A stretch of DNA of 64,000 nucleotides from Balanoglossus misakiensis (lineage: Eukaryota; Animalia; Hemichordata). The stretch is taken from assembly GCA_040954595.2 (NCBI GenBank), contig JBECUI020000028.1, positions 62,001 through 126,000 of the forward strand, in the 5' to 3' direction. The notes under the pieces are model-generated. The model saw only the letters and a program-made list of their open reading frames with translations, had not been told where the DNA came from and searched no databases. Below, in pieces: positions 51,442 to 64,000 of this stretch; positions within the stretch are counted from its first letter, which is position 1, and each line of letters starts with the position of its first letter. A program made the translations under genes and the position numbers.

Positions 51442-54400
51442 GGGTCAGGCCGAAGCCGCAATACACGGTATGATGCAGACACGAGTAACACCAGCTTATA
51501 TTCTGAACATGGCAAAGATACTGACACTCAGTTTATTTGCTGGAACATTAATGATTTAAAATCTAAATTTCTTGACGGCGGATTTCATGTCTTTTTTGAC
51601 AAAATCGGATTTTGGTGTAATTTGCCTGACGGAAACGTGGGCTTGTACTTCAGATCAGTTTTCTATTCCCAATTACACTTCTATCAACCTTGCTAGAAAA
51701 AAGATTATGCATTTAGGAAGATTTTCAGGGGGTATTTCAGTTTTTGTCAAGAACTCAATATGCAAAAGCTTCCAACAGCTGCCAAGTTTGTCCGAGGATT
51801 TTCTATGGGTAAAGCTGTTTCTCAAAGATAACTTTCAAATTAATTCATTGTTAATGTGTGTTGTCTACTTCTCACCAGAAGGGTCATCTCAATATGCAAA
51901 TCCAGAAATGTTCCAATTGTTAGAAAATGAATTAGCAAAATATTCAACCATTCACGAAGGCTCGCCTGTAATTTTATGCGGCGATTTTAATGCCCGCACA
52001 GGCTGTGTCTCTGATACTATCGAATGGGATTCCAGGTGTTTGCCAGTGGATGACAGTGACGTAGATCCACCTTTGCCAATACGAGAGTCAAGAGATTCAT
52101 CAGTTAATGATTATGGTAAACGGTTACTGGATTTTTGTCACAGCACAAATTTTAAAATTGTTAATGGGAGATTTTTTAAGAATCATGGAAGTGGTGAGTA
52201 TACATTTCTTTCCAAAAGCGGGGGCAGTGTGATAGATTACCTTTTGTTATCTTGTCATGATCTTCACCTGTTAACAGATATGTATATTGATTCTAGGGTT
52301 GAATCAGACCACCAACCACTGATATTTAAATTAGACCTGTCTCACCAAGAGAGAACAAGTCTTACGTCTGATTATAACAATGTTAATAACTCTTCTATAT
52401 TTACTTGTAAATGGGATAATAAGTTACTCAATGTAGTTAACAACTTTTGGAACAGCGCATCTTCAAACTCACATGTGTCTGAAATCAATGGGCTTCTCTC
52501 TTGAGGGGAAATAGACAATGCTGCGCTTTGTCTGAGGGATACAATTTGGAACTCACTTTCATGTATGAAAACAGGTGGCATGGGTAGACGAGTGAAAAAG
52601 ACGAATAATTGGTGGGATGATGAATGCCGTGAATTTAAAGCCAAAGTTAAGAATGTCCTTAGAAACCATAAATATAGTCCCACCCCTATTTCATTCGGTG
52701 TCTATAAATCCATCCAGCGAGATTATCACAACCTGCTGAAAGAAAAGAAAAGGAACTATGATATATTGAAACAACGTAATTTTGCCGAAGCCGCCAAGGA
52801 CCCGAATTCTAAGCGTTTTTGGTCCATGTTGAGACCTTATACCCCGGGTCCCCCTGATTCAATTACTGCTAAGGAATGGGTTGATTACTTTTCTGTTTTA
52901 TTTAATACTCCTGGCAATTTACACGACGATTTCCAAGATTTTTATGTGGAAGTCGACGAGTTTGTAAACAATTCGTTTTCATTTCATGATCCTGTATATA
53001 CGGATGTAGGCACAGACGTTGATACCAGTGTTCTGGATAGTGAAATATCACTTGAAGAAATAGATTGTGCAATTAATAACCTGAAATTGGGTAAAGCTGC
53101 AGGCGTTGATGGCATACCTGCGGATTTCTTTAAGTATTCATGCCAAGAATTTAGATTAATTTTGTATAACTTTTTCAATAGTGTTCTCAACTCAGGTATT
53201 TTCCCAGAAGAGTGGGTTAAAGGTATGATTATCCCTCTTTTTAAGAAAGGGGTACATGACTCTGTGTGTAACTATAGGGGAATAACTCTTCTTCCTATTA
53301 TTGGTAAGATTTTTTGCAATATGATGTTCAAGCGTTTAAATGACTTTGTTGAACTTAATTCGCCAATCACTGAAGCTCAGGCTGGTTTTAGGAAGAACCG
53401 CAGCACAATTGACAACATTTTTATTTTGGATACTACAATATGGAAATACTTATCCAAACACAAATCACGTTTTTATGGTGCATTCATTGATTTCGAGAAA
53501 GCTTTCGATAGAATTGATCACAACGACTTGTTTTATAAATTACTGAAACGTGAAATGAAGAGTAAAATGCTTATAGTGTTAAAATCTATGTACAAATCGG
53601 TGAAATCATGTGTACGAACACCACATGGGATTACAAACTTTTTCCAGTGTACTTATGGTGTGCAACAAGGATCTGTTTTGTCCCCATTATTATTTAATCT
53701 TTTCATCGATGATCTTGGCGAAACCCTCAAAAATGGCATGTTTAATGGTGTTTATGTAGGAATTTTGAAGCTCTTGTATCTTTGCTTTGCTGACGATTTA
53801 ACAATTGTAAGTAATTCAGTAATTGGACTACAAAGACAGCTTAACAAATTGTGTATCTATTGTAACAGATTGAAACTAAAAGTTAATGGGTCCAAGACAA
53901 AAATTTTTGTCTTCAGGAGTGGGGGAAGGTTGAAAAATTACGAGAGATGGACATTGAATGGGGTCCAGGTTCAGACAGTACCGTATTTTAACTACCTCGG
54001 TCTGACCTTGTCTTGTTCAGGAATCTGGACAAAGGCTCAAGAAATCCTTGCCAAACAAGGGAAAAAAGCTATGTACAATATTAAAAGATATCTGAGTCAG
54101 TTTAAAAACATAGACATAGAGCTAGCTCTACGAATTTTCGACTGCAAAATTCTTCCAATACTTATGTACGGTAGTGAAGTATGGGGTTTTCATGAGGGTA
54201 AGGATGTTGAAAAAATTCAAATAGATTTCTGTAAATATATACTCATGGTTAGTTCAAGGTCAACCAATTTAGCTGTCTTGGGTGAACTGGGCAGACAATC
54301 TTTGAAAACGCTTCGTCTACCACGCATTATTAAATACTGGGTAAAATTAATCCATAGCGAAAATTATAGATATACTAAGCAATGTTATGACTACCAACGT

Positions 54401-54985
54401 GAAATGGCAGACAAAGGTTATAATTGTTGGGCCAAAAAGGTCAAAGACCTTTTATTTTATTTTGGTTTTGGTATTGCCTGGGAGTCACAGGCTGTGGGAA
54501 ACGAGTGTCTTTTTCTTTCAAATTTTAAACAAAGATGCCTGGATATTGGTCAGCAGGTATGGCACAGTGAATTGGTCAATTCCACTAAGATGGATTCTTA
54601 TCGTCTATTTAAAAATAATTTGTCTTTTGAAAAATATTTGAATTGTGTAAATATTGAGCTATTTAGAGTCACCCTTTGTAAATTTAGAATTTCAAACCAC
54701 AAACTTTTAATAGAGAGTGGCCGCTTTGAAGGGTTAACAAGAGATAACAGAATTTGTCAGTTTTGTACTTTACAGCAAGTTGAAACGGAATTTCACATTT
54801 GTCTTATTTGCCCCATCTACAAGGAATTAAGAACACGTTTTCTCTCACCATTCCACTATCAGCAACCCTCATTGAAGAAATACTCTAGCCTGTTAAACTC
54901 TCAAAACCTCCACACCTTAGTTAATCTGGCAAAGTTTATTTATTATAGTTTTAAGTTAAGAGATAATTTATTGCAGGACACTTGA
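51442..54985 (+). pseudogene. LINE ORF2 (APE + RT + C-terminal Cys/His motif) with one frameshift and one stop
   Basis: WNIN (51541) is +1 out of frame with LTETW; GDFNA, IDY and SDH follow; in-frame TGA at 52502-52504; RT motifs NYRGI, QAGFR, DFEKAFD, QGSVLSP, FADD; CQFC..EFH..CP. Confidence 0.88.
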
Positions 54986-55274
54986 TCGCATACACGTCTA
55001 TTTCTGTTTTGATGGCATTGTATCTATTATGTCAATGTAAGCCCCACTGCATGTCTGTATATTTATCAGTTTAATTATTGTATGAAGGCCGGTGGCCTAA
55101 GATACTGAAATAAATATATATATATAATGTCACAAAATTGAAATGTAATGTGAAATTTCCTTAAACAAACAAACAAACTAACAAACAAACAAACAAATAG
55201 ACAAAGACACAAACAAATGAATAAATATATCCGCATTGATAGAATTAACCTGCAGACGTCATGTTGGTATTTAC

Positions 55275-55376
55275 CTTGTTTGGTATGGTCACATCAGCTT
55301 TGTGTTCCAATAACAATCTGACAAGGCCTTCACCACGACACCCTCTTACTGCATAATGCAAAGGGGTGTCTCCATT
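55275..55376 (-). CDS. Ankyrin exon NGDTPLHYAVRGCRGEGLVRLLLEHKADVTIPNK
   Basis: 102 bp, phase 0/0; the array continues here beyond the LINE insertion. Confidence 0.8.
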
Positions 55377-58183
55377 CTGTAAGTAATGAAGGAGGAGCAT
55401 GATGAGAATGTCAAGAAAAATGAAATGTAACATGAGGTTATTTTGTTAAAATGAACGATCGAACAAACACACAAACGACAAATAATCGCAAACTCCCTTG
55501 TGGATAATATTAACCAACAGTAAATGGCATTTGAACAGAAACAGTATCGACTCTACACACAAGATGTGTAATTCAGTTTTATACATGCATTTTAACGAGC
55601 TAAAAGAATTCTGACAAAATATCTGCCAGTTGATACAGAAAGAAAAGTTACTATAAATAATTCACAAACAAACTCAAATTTGACAACTTGCAAAACAGAT
55701 AACATTACGGATAACCAATACACCAATTTTAAACTGAACTTTATTTATGATTTTCTATCAAAAAACTGACAGTGATGTGATGTTAGTGAACATTTCCTGA
55801 ATGGGACAAATTTATTTTTGCAACCTGCACAATATAGAAGAAGATTTAGCAAACAACTACAGTGACATTTAGTAGAATTGTCAGAAGAATTTTGAATAAT
55901 CACATCTCATCTCCAATATGATGACAAATTTGAGATATGTAGAGATTTATGTGGAAACAGATCAAACATCTGAGCTAACCAAACTATGTTTATTTCCTGT
56001 AGGAGGGCATCAGACTGTTCTCAGCACAAAGTAGCCAAGCTGTGCAGACTGAACGATGTCGATCAAAGGGGAAATAACAGAGAAATTGTATGTGACAAGG
56101 GATAAATCAATCATCATTAAAATAAATTTCTACTGAGTGGTCCAACAATATCAAGTAGAGTTGTGCAATGGTGTCACTCGTTATTTGTAGAAATAGTGTT
56201 TAAATAAAAAAAACTTGAATTTCACCAAAAAAAACCATCTGAAGAAAGTTAACACTGATTCCCTTTCTCCATCGCACTGCATCAAAAAGTCTAATAACCA
56301 AAGAAAGACTTCAGTGGACACTGTGGCCAATGGGAATGTGTGGCAAACAAAATTAAATGCAATGAATGCAGTCATTCTTTTCATGTAATATAAAGAACAA
56401 ACAAAATTATCAAAACTCTTCATAAGAGATAACATTGGAAGCCACAGTAGCACTAACTTTCAAGGACATTTGTGTAACCATTCCAGCCGTGCCCCACACT
56501 AAAACAGAACAGATTGGACCAGTCACACTTCCCTTAATCCTATTGTTCCCAATGTTTATCTCATCAATATATCTATTGCATGCTTTTAGCACCTTCTCTC
56601 AGGTTCTGGAACCTGGTTGGTTAAAACTTGCTGTTCTGGCCATCTTGATCACCCCCTTTGAAATGATTGGGTAAGTGACAGACAGTGATGAGAAGCTGAG
56701 GAGTGGAGCCGCACAGACCTCATGTTTTATAAGCTTGAGCTATTTCCAAGAGAAAGAGCAATCCAAATGCTGCCGCTGTGTTGCTCAGAATGATGAAAAA
56801 AATCATCCGACTGAACAATTTAATGTTAAAATGTAATATATTTTATAAAGTTTATAAAAGGTAAATTGGGTTGGCACTGTGCTATTCGGCCTGAAGTACA
56901 AGCTAAAACTGGCCGACTCCTCTCGGCACCGTCAACAAGCACCCCTGCCCCCAGCAAGTCCCCAACTTGACATGTGTGATGTGACCATGGCTGCGCATCC
57001 GTCCTTCGGTCCTAAAAGTTGCCAAACAAACCCCTTTTTAAAACGGCCCCAATCAGAGCCGCAATGAAAACAAGTTCTTCTGGTAAAGTCTTACTCAAAA
57101 TGTTGCTATGACTATAATTCTGACACAAAACTGAGCATGAGTGTGGACTGATTGCATAAACATATTTTGAAAGTACTTCCTGTAAAAAAGGGAGGAGGCT
57201 CCATAAACCAGACTATTTTTGTTTATGTACATGATATACTTGTGCGAGGGTTGTCAACTTGATAGCCATTCTCAAGATTTACAATCATTATAAGAGTGTA
57301 CGTATACAAGAAAAGTAAATTCCTGAATATTAAAGGGACAAAGTCTCTCTCTCTCTCGCTTCCCTTTTTCCATTAATTATGTTTGATACAAGACACTGTT
57401 TATGTTATTCTACATGTGTATGTAGTGAATTAACGTTCGACCACACACAAATATGCAAAGGAGAATTTATTAATAAGCCATACCCACCAAAATCTTATCA
57501 GATCTAGAACTTATCATAACAATGCTACATACAAAATTTCATATCATTGGATTCAATTTCTCTCAAGATATGAGTGGAACAAAATCTGTCTACAGAAGGA
57601 CAGACAGAAATCGCTGTGCCAATAATGAGATTATTATTTAAACCACAAAAGATTGACGATAAACAATGCAATAAACAACAACATCCTTATGTTCAACAAG
57701 ACAGTTTTTGGCAGATGCTGGAGACAATCCCCCTTTCTCATAACTCCAAATTGCTCACAGTGGAGATCAAATGTCTCAGATATAGGAGAGACAATCACAT
57801 CACCATAATGAATCAATACTTGCCTGTGTCTGGACAACACCTGGCCGAGAGGAAGTAGTTTTGATTCAAAGGACAGTGACAAATTATATGGCACCTCCTT
57901 ATGATGAATTGTATTAGGTACCAGACAGGAGTTGGCAGATGCTGGAGGCCGACAGACAATCACCCTATCTGATACGTTCTGTGATAGGATTGGCATGGAC
58001 TGTCATCAGTCTATCTGTACAACACCTGACCAATGGAGGGAGTAGTTTTGATTCAAAGGGCAATGGACAAATATATACATTGTATCCCAGACACAATTTA
58101 CTAAGAAAACTACAGAGGAAATGGCACTATTGAGAAAGCTCATACTTTTAGAATTTACCTGCAGAAGTCAGGTTGGTATTTAC

Positions 58184-58285
58184 CTTGTTTTGTATGGTTA
58201 CATCAGCTTTGTGTTCCAATAACAATCTGACACGGCCTTCACCAACATCCCTCCTTGCTGCAGAGTGCAAAGGGGTGTCTCCCCA
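58184..58285 (-). CDS. Ankyrin exon WGDTPLHSAARRDVGEGRVRLLLEHKADVTIQNK
   Basis: 102 bp, phase 0/0. Confidence 0.8.
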
Positions 58286-58454
58286 CTGTAAGTAATGAAG
58301 GAGGAGCATGAGAACTATGTCACAAAAATTAAACGTAATGTGTAATTTTCCTTAAACAAAAAACATACAAACAAACAAACAAACAAACAAAAAATGAATG
58401 AATAAATCATTCCATACTGATAGATTAACCTGCAGAAGTCAAGTTGGTATTTAC

Positions 58455-58553
58455 CTGGGTTTGTATGGTAACATCAGCTTTGTGTTCCAATAACAATCTG
58501 ACACAGCCTTCACCACCAAACCCTGCTGCATCATTCAAAGGGGTGACTCCATC
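58455..58553 (-). CDS. Ankyrin exon DGVTPLNDAAGFGGEGCVRLLLEHKADVTIQTQ
   Basis: 99 bp, phase 0/0. Confidence 0.8.
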
Positions 58554-59375
58554 CTGTAAGTAATGAAGGAGAAGCATGGGAACAATGTCACAAAAATTGA
58601 AATGTAATATGAGGTTTCTTTAAACAAACAAACAAACAAACAAACCTACAAATAAATAAACAAATATCAAAAGTATCAGCCATATTGCAAAAAAACAAGC
58701 AAGAATGGCATACTGACTGATTTGAAAGGATAATGCACAGTCCTTCTACACACAAAATGAAAATTGCCGACTGTTAAAATGAATACAGATCAAAGAATGA
58801 CGGTGAAGAATCTCAATTGATTCTAACAGCGAGGAAAACGCTTTGACTGGTCATATAGTTTTTAACATTGGATGGTTTAGACTCCATAGCTTAACTAAGG
58901 ATGGAGGGGATCTGGAAGATTTAAAAAAAGATTGCCAGCAAAATTTCAGAGATGGCTTGAAAAAAAATAAAAATTTGTTAACTTTGGTGAAACACAAAAA
59001 AATGCATCAAAATTTACTTTCTGGAACATATTTATTCATTCGGAACAAATGTGTCAAATACACTATGGTTCAACATCTTTGGCTAAATTGTAAAGATTGT
59101 TAAATTTAGAGTGCAATGTGTCCCACTGTCCTTCCTATGGCTGGATCCCAAGGGTATCATGGTTAGTAAAACTAAATCAGTATGGGTAATACTTTTTGGC
59201 CTTTCCCTCTTCTTGTTCAGGGTTAGCTTGTTTCTTCCCATTGAATTTGGATCATGCAAAGTAATTTTGGATGAAAATAAGAGTGTTGTAATTAGGTCTT
59301 TCTCAAAGGCATTTTTTTATTATCCAATTGTGTGGCCACATTATCCATAATAAAGTGATAAGTCAGTTCACGTAC

Positions 59376-59474
59376 CTCATCCTTCGCATTGACATCTGCA
59401 CCATGGCTAATCAACATCCTGACAGCATCCAATTTACCTTTGAAGGACGCTGCATGCAATGCTGTGGAATCATT
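59376..59474 (-). CDS. Ankyrin exon NDSTALHAASFKGKLDAVRMLISHGADVNAKDE
   Basis: 99 bp, phase 0/0; canonical ankyrin consensus, unique sequence. Confidence 0.85.
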
Positions 59475-59732
59475 CTGGAATAAAGACGTTTAATGTTGGA
59501 ATAAAAATGACATCACAAATCTGATACTTGCAATGTGAGTCAACTGCTTGATCTTTTGATGAGGAAACTCTAGGAATTTCATCACAATGAGCTTCAGTCA
59601 CTATTGTAATAATGGTTTTGATTACGATGGTGTGTTATTTCAGTAATAGACTGATATAGATTTGATTCTGAAAGATCATAATAATAGTATTTTCTAAGGT
59701 TGAGTGACAATTCTCTATGACCAAAACACATG

Positions 59733-59906
59733 TACAGTAAAACCCGTCTAATCCAAAGGGACAGAAGAAATTGTTCAGTTTACAGACGTTTCTGGTTTGT
59801 AAAGGTTCTTTTAACATGTGGTTCTATGTCAAGGGGACAGGAAAATGTGTTCATTATAGACAGTTTTCCAGATACGGCATGTTCCATTTCGACAGGTATT
59901 ACTGTA
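59733..59906. mobile_element. pogo/Tigger-like MITE
   Basis: TA-CAGTAAAACCCGTCTAA ... TTCGACAGGTATTACTG-TA: imperfect TIR with TA flanks. Confidence 0.65.
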
Positions 59907-60727
59907 TGTGGTTGAACCACATTGAACCAAACTGTAGACTGATACCATGTTCACACTAGGTAAAACTGGAACTGTTGATGAAAAAGTCTGCACTGAATTG
60001 AGATTATTTATATTTGTGGGCTAGTGTAGGTCTGTTTTGCACAATCTAAATGTGGTGTTGTGATATCATTTTGGGAGTGTGTGGTATTTTGGAAGTTCAT
60101 AGATATCTAGTTGATTCAGTGTTACTGTTGTGTGAAAAGCCAGTCACTCATAACCATTGAAATGTTTCTGAAACGTCTCTGCTCAAATGCCGGCATAAAA
60201 TATTACATGTGAACAGTTGAAGTGGTCCTGGAACATTTCAGGGGTTCAGCTAGTGCTACTACAGTAACAGCATCAGGGGTGCTATAGAAAGCGGCGTGGC
60301 AAACTGCAATGATGTATTTGCAAACAGAATAGTGCGATGGACCTTGAAAAACACCCCAGTTGAGAATTAGTTCTTGCCACAGAGAATTTGAAACACCATA
60401 GTTGACCCCTAAAAATACTGCTTGCAGCAGACCTCTCCGTGTCTGTAAGTTTATCTTTATGGAAGAATTGACATTAGGAATATCTTGTTTGCACCAAGAA
60501 TCCATTTTATTTCGACAAAATTCGTTATTTTAAAAATATATTTCTATTAAAAGTTGTTACTTACCAAAAACCCAGGCTGTCTATCGTTATTTTGTTGCAC
60601 GTAATTGAAATACAGTTTCACACAATTTTTTTAAGTTCCTGCATGCACCGCATGTGAAAAATTAAATATCAAACGCTAGCCCTGAGCGATGACTCTGTAT
60701 AAAACATTGGTCAATACGAACACTTAC

Positions 60728-60826
60728 CTGTCCTGGGTATTTACCCCTTGCATTGACATCATATCCATCAGCTATCAGCGACTGAATCTTTGCAACATCA
60801 CCCTTCACTGCGGCATTGATTAGATT
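60728..60826 (-). CDS. N-cap-like ankyrin exon NLINAAVKGDVAKIQSLIADGYDVNARGKYPGQ
   Basis: 99 bp, phase 0/0; ttacag acceptor, gtaagt donor. Confidence 0.8.
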
Positions 60827-63800
60827 CTGTAACATTCAACAATCAACATTTCTTTCATCAAAATATTCTCAAAATGCAATCATAAACAGCAGTAATATAA
60901 AAGGAAAACATTGAAATCTTCATTAATGAAAAATTATGAAGCCAAAACATGATCATGTACGCCAATTTGAATACAAAATGATGACATCATGTTGTGAGAA
61001 AACAAAGACAACACAATCACTCTTCTCCAAGACAAAGCAGCAAGATCTCCAAAGGGCAACAGGAAAACAGAAATACAAAACCGGTGCTGGCACTCTCAGG
61101 GAAAATAGACATTGCCTGTCCATAACATTTCCAGGAATTTTCAACAACAAAAAGACAATTTGGATTCACCTCCTATTGATGTGTTGGTACCCCCTGGAAA
61201 TTTAATTGTCAAAGGGGCACCTGAGTGCCCTTGAAAATGATGTTACTCACATGTTGAAGATATAACATTCCCCCTTGCCAGAGTGGAATCACCCTCAAAT
61301 ATTCTGGCGAAGGGGGACATATACCCCCTGCTGATACCATCCTGAATAAAACACTGTCTGAATATATATATATATATATGGAAGAAAATGAGACAAAAGC
61401 CCCCTTAGCTCCTAATTTACAAAAACTGCGACAGTTAATGCCATAATACAAATATAAAGCAATAACAATGTTTCTAATATAAAGAACTATGGTTTAGACA
61501 CCCATCCGTATTTCAAATCTCATTTGAACATTGTCATGTTATAAGATGTACCATTTTTATCATTTTCAAAGACAGTGATGATACCGAAAAGCGTCCCCTT
61601 CTCTGTGATAGTTTTGGGAACATGCATGGATAGCTATTGACCCTGAGTGTATCACCACCAGGGGAGGGTAGAAATTCACAATCTTTCGACATTCATATAT
61701 TTTCCTTTTGTCATTCTGTATACACTTTCCTTCTGTAGTTTTTCTCTAGCAATTTATGTTTTAAGTATGTGAGAAATAACACAATAGCTTAATTACAGAC
61801 ACAATAATTGGTGTTCAAGAATGTGGTCGAAAAACAATTTGTTTCACTAACAACAATGACATGAATAATTTTATATCATTGCTACAAAAATGCTGGGAGT
61901 TGTGATCGTGCCTGGGGAGTGATGACTGCTGACAGTCTAAAGCTTGAGTACCTGGGAAGGGTGCTAATTGCTCTGACTGACTCGATAACTCTACAATTAA
62001 TGTGGATTAATTAAATGTTGACAGAATGAAGAGTGCAGATATGAAGTCAAGTTTGGCCCACAAAACTTCAGTTATGTGTTCCACTATTTATGAAAAAGCA
62101 AATTAATTTAATAACTTCACATTGCAATAGTAAACCAAGTAGTCATTACCATCACATGAATGTCGCCAAAAACCAACATGAGAACGTGGAATGAGAATTG
62201 TGTAATATTAATTGCAGCTTCCGCAATATATTTTGTTTGACCCTTTATATTTACATTTTGTGCAGGGATTGTTTTGCCATTTATGGCTGTGTACAATCGA
62301 ATCTGCAAAACTGATAACAGTTTCATAAATACTCTGTGTGCCATCATGATTCTGACAAATAGATGCTTATTTTTCTTTGTAGTGCAGCTTGTATTTACTT
62401 ATTGACTTTTATACAGATACAGTCTTCAAAATCAAATGATTAGCTAGACGACGCAATCCCAACAAAACTAACTTGCCAGTTGAACTCAAGACTGCAACAT
62501 CGTGATATGGTGTAATTTGTGAATGAATTTCAAGGCAATGTTAATGACACAACAATGCAATGGCTTCCCCGGAAGATAAAGACCCACAGGTAAGTTACTT
62601 TTGAACTGAATTTACGCTGTCCGTCTCATCATGACCACCCATAATCTATCAACAGGTGTTTCAGAATAAATATCCGTCTGCTGAGATTTTTCTTGGTTCA
62701 AGTGGACTGAAACATTTGAACGACAAAATTTACAAATTACCACCCGGACAGAACGTGTCGCAGCAAAATTAAAGTTGTGAAAACTTGACAAATTGTCGAT
62801 GAAATTCAACACTGCAGACAGCAACTTGTAGACACGGCAATATATGTGTGCTCACATTTGCATGTTAGCTCCAATTGCAAGTCAGCTCAAACCAGCTCTG
62901 TGCTATGCGCGTTTTGTACGCCTAAAATATTAGTCCATGAATCTGACTTGTTCTACAAGACATCAAATGACTGTCCAAACATCTGTGGAAAGGTGAATCA
63001 CAATCTGATTAAAATCAGATGTAGGGAACGGCGACTTGGTTTTTTTATGTTGTCGCCTCACACTACATCTGACCAACTACAACTGGAGATCCCGCTGAAC
63101 TCTCGCGTTCCGACCCGGCCAATCAGATTGCGTGTTGTGCCGACTAAAGAATTGCACTGGGAGGTGGGAGAAATGTTTTTGTTGACTTCGAGTATCGCAC
63201 AGAATACGAAAGATTGGCTTTCTCTTGTGAACAATTACATGTAATCCCATGATATCTTTCTTTGTTTGGCGTCATCGTATGCGAATGATTTTCGCAGAGC
63301 AGTGAAACGTCGAGCTGTAGCCATATACAAATGATGAACTGTCGCTGATCATTCATTAACTCTCCTAACTAGTCGTCATGTTCGCCCTCATAGTCATGCT
63401 GCCAGTCGGAAAATGACGTACTTCATGTAAAAGTTTATAAAAAATAAACCAAATTTCACTGCCATGTATCCCAAAACAATTTATGTGACAGATTTTTAAA
63501 AAGAACGCTAACTTCGGCTAAGGAATGTCAAGTCATAGCTCCGCGTTCAGGTCTGTGTGTTCCCGACGCACCACAGCCCTGCATAAGGCCCCATAGACAA
63601 AACTGGTGCGTCTGCGGTCCGGACCCGGACGCCCGACCGCAGCTTTTTCTGTCGAAATTCGATTTTATCGAAGCAAAATCCTTTCCCTGTCTACTTCAAC
63701 CGACCCCAAATATGATGCGATTAACTTCTTCTAACGTCCGTGTAACGCCGGGAACACACAGACCTGCACGCAGAGCTAGTCAAGTCAGTGCAGCTGTGCA

Positions 63801-64000
63801 GTCGGTCGGTATACTATCATGTATACAAACGATCGTGGCGACAGAATCTCTCCCTGGGACGGCCTTACACAAATGTAATCGATTCGCTAACAATTTTACT
63901 GCGACTTGTTGCCACGTCTTATACATTTCGTTGACCGGTGGAATATAGAGGTTCAGTCGTCACGCTGAACTGGCTCGAAACCATTCCCCACGCTGATTCG

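Larger units (their letters stand above)
50117..55123 (+). mobile_element. Near full-length APE-RT LINE (RTEX/L2/CR1 group, clade not resolved), inserted antisense in an ankyrin-array intron
   Basis: Host unit gagaataatg|tcacaaaattg is split, with ATAATG on both sides (50111-50116 and 55124-55129). ORF1 and ORF2 present; AATAAA plus (TA)n tail. Confidence 0.92.
3686..60826 (-). pseudogene. DAPK1-like ROCO gene without a kinase domain in this window (ankyrin x16 - ROC - COR - death domain), with two in-frame TGA stops
   Basis: The exons listed below splice in phase. P-loop GYGGNGKTT, G3 WDFAGQ, G4-like GSKAD, COR motif VIVLDPQWLC and a C-terminal DD-like segment are visible. In-frame TGA at 44528-44530 and 4109-4111. 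The true 5' end is not established. Confidence 0.8.

Noticed and set aside
62846-64000. CpG-rich end region and its short ORFs as a gene or CpG-island promoter
   Set aside because: No recognisable protein motifs; it could equally be DNA-transposon ends and cannot be resolved at the window edge.

Overview
AT-rich animal genomic DNA, most likely a marine invertebrate (inference from the repeat and LINE types). Most of the window is one minus-strand multi-exon gene of the kinase-less DAPK1-like ROCO type: 16 one-repeat ankyrin exons, ROC GTPase, COR and death domain, about 60.8 kb down to 3.7 kb. It carries two in-frame TGA stops. Its last intron (about 35.9 kb) holds a decayed APE-RT LINE split by a 31.7 kb block of 21 Helentron/HINE-like non-autonomous elements. 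The block looks like a tandem satellite, but its junctions show a last-in-first-out nest in which each element inserted just behind the 5' hairpin of another. The ankyrin region is a ~250-bp exon+intron array, interrupted by a near full-length LINE with a 2A (DIELNPGP) motif and an in-frame TAG ORF1/ORF2 junction. Several MITE-like elements are also present. All coordinates and counts were read by eye; no database search was run.
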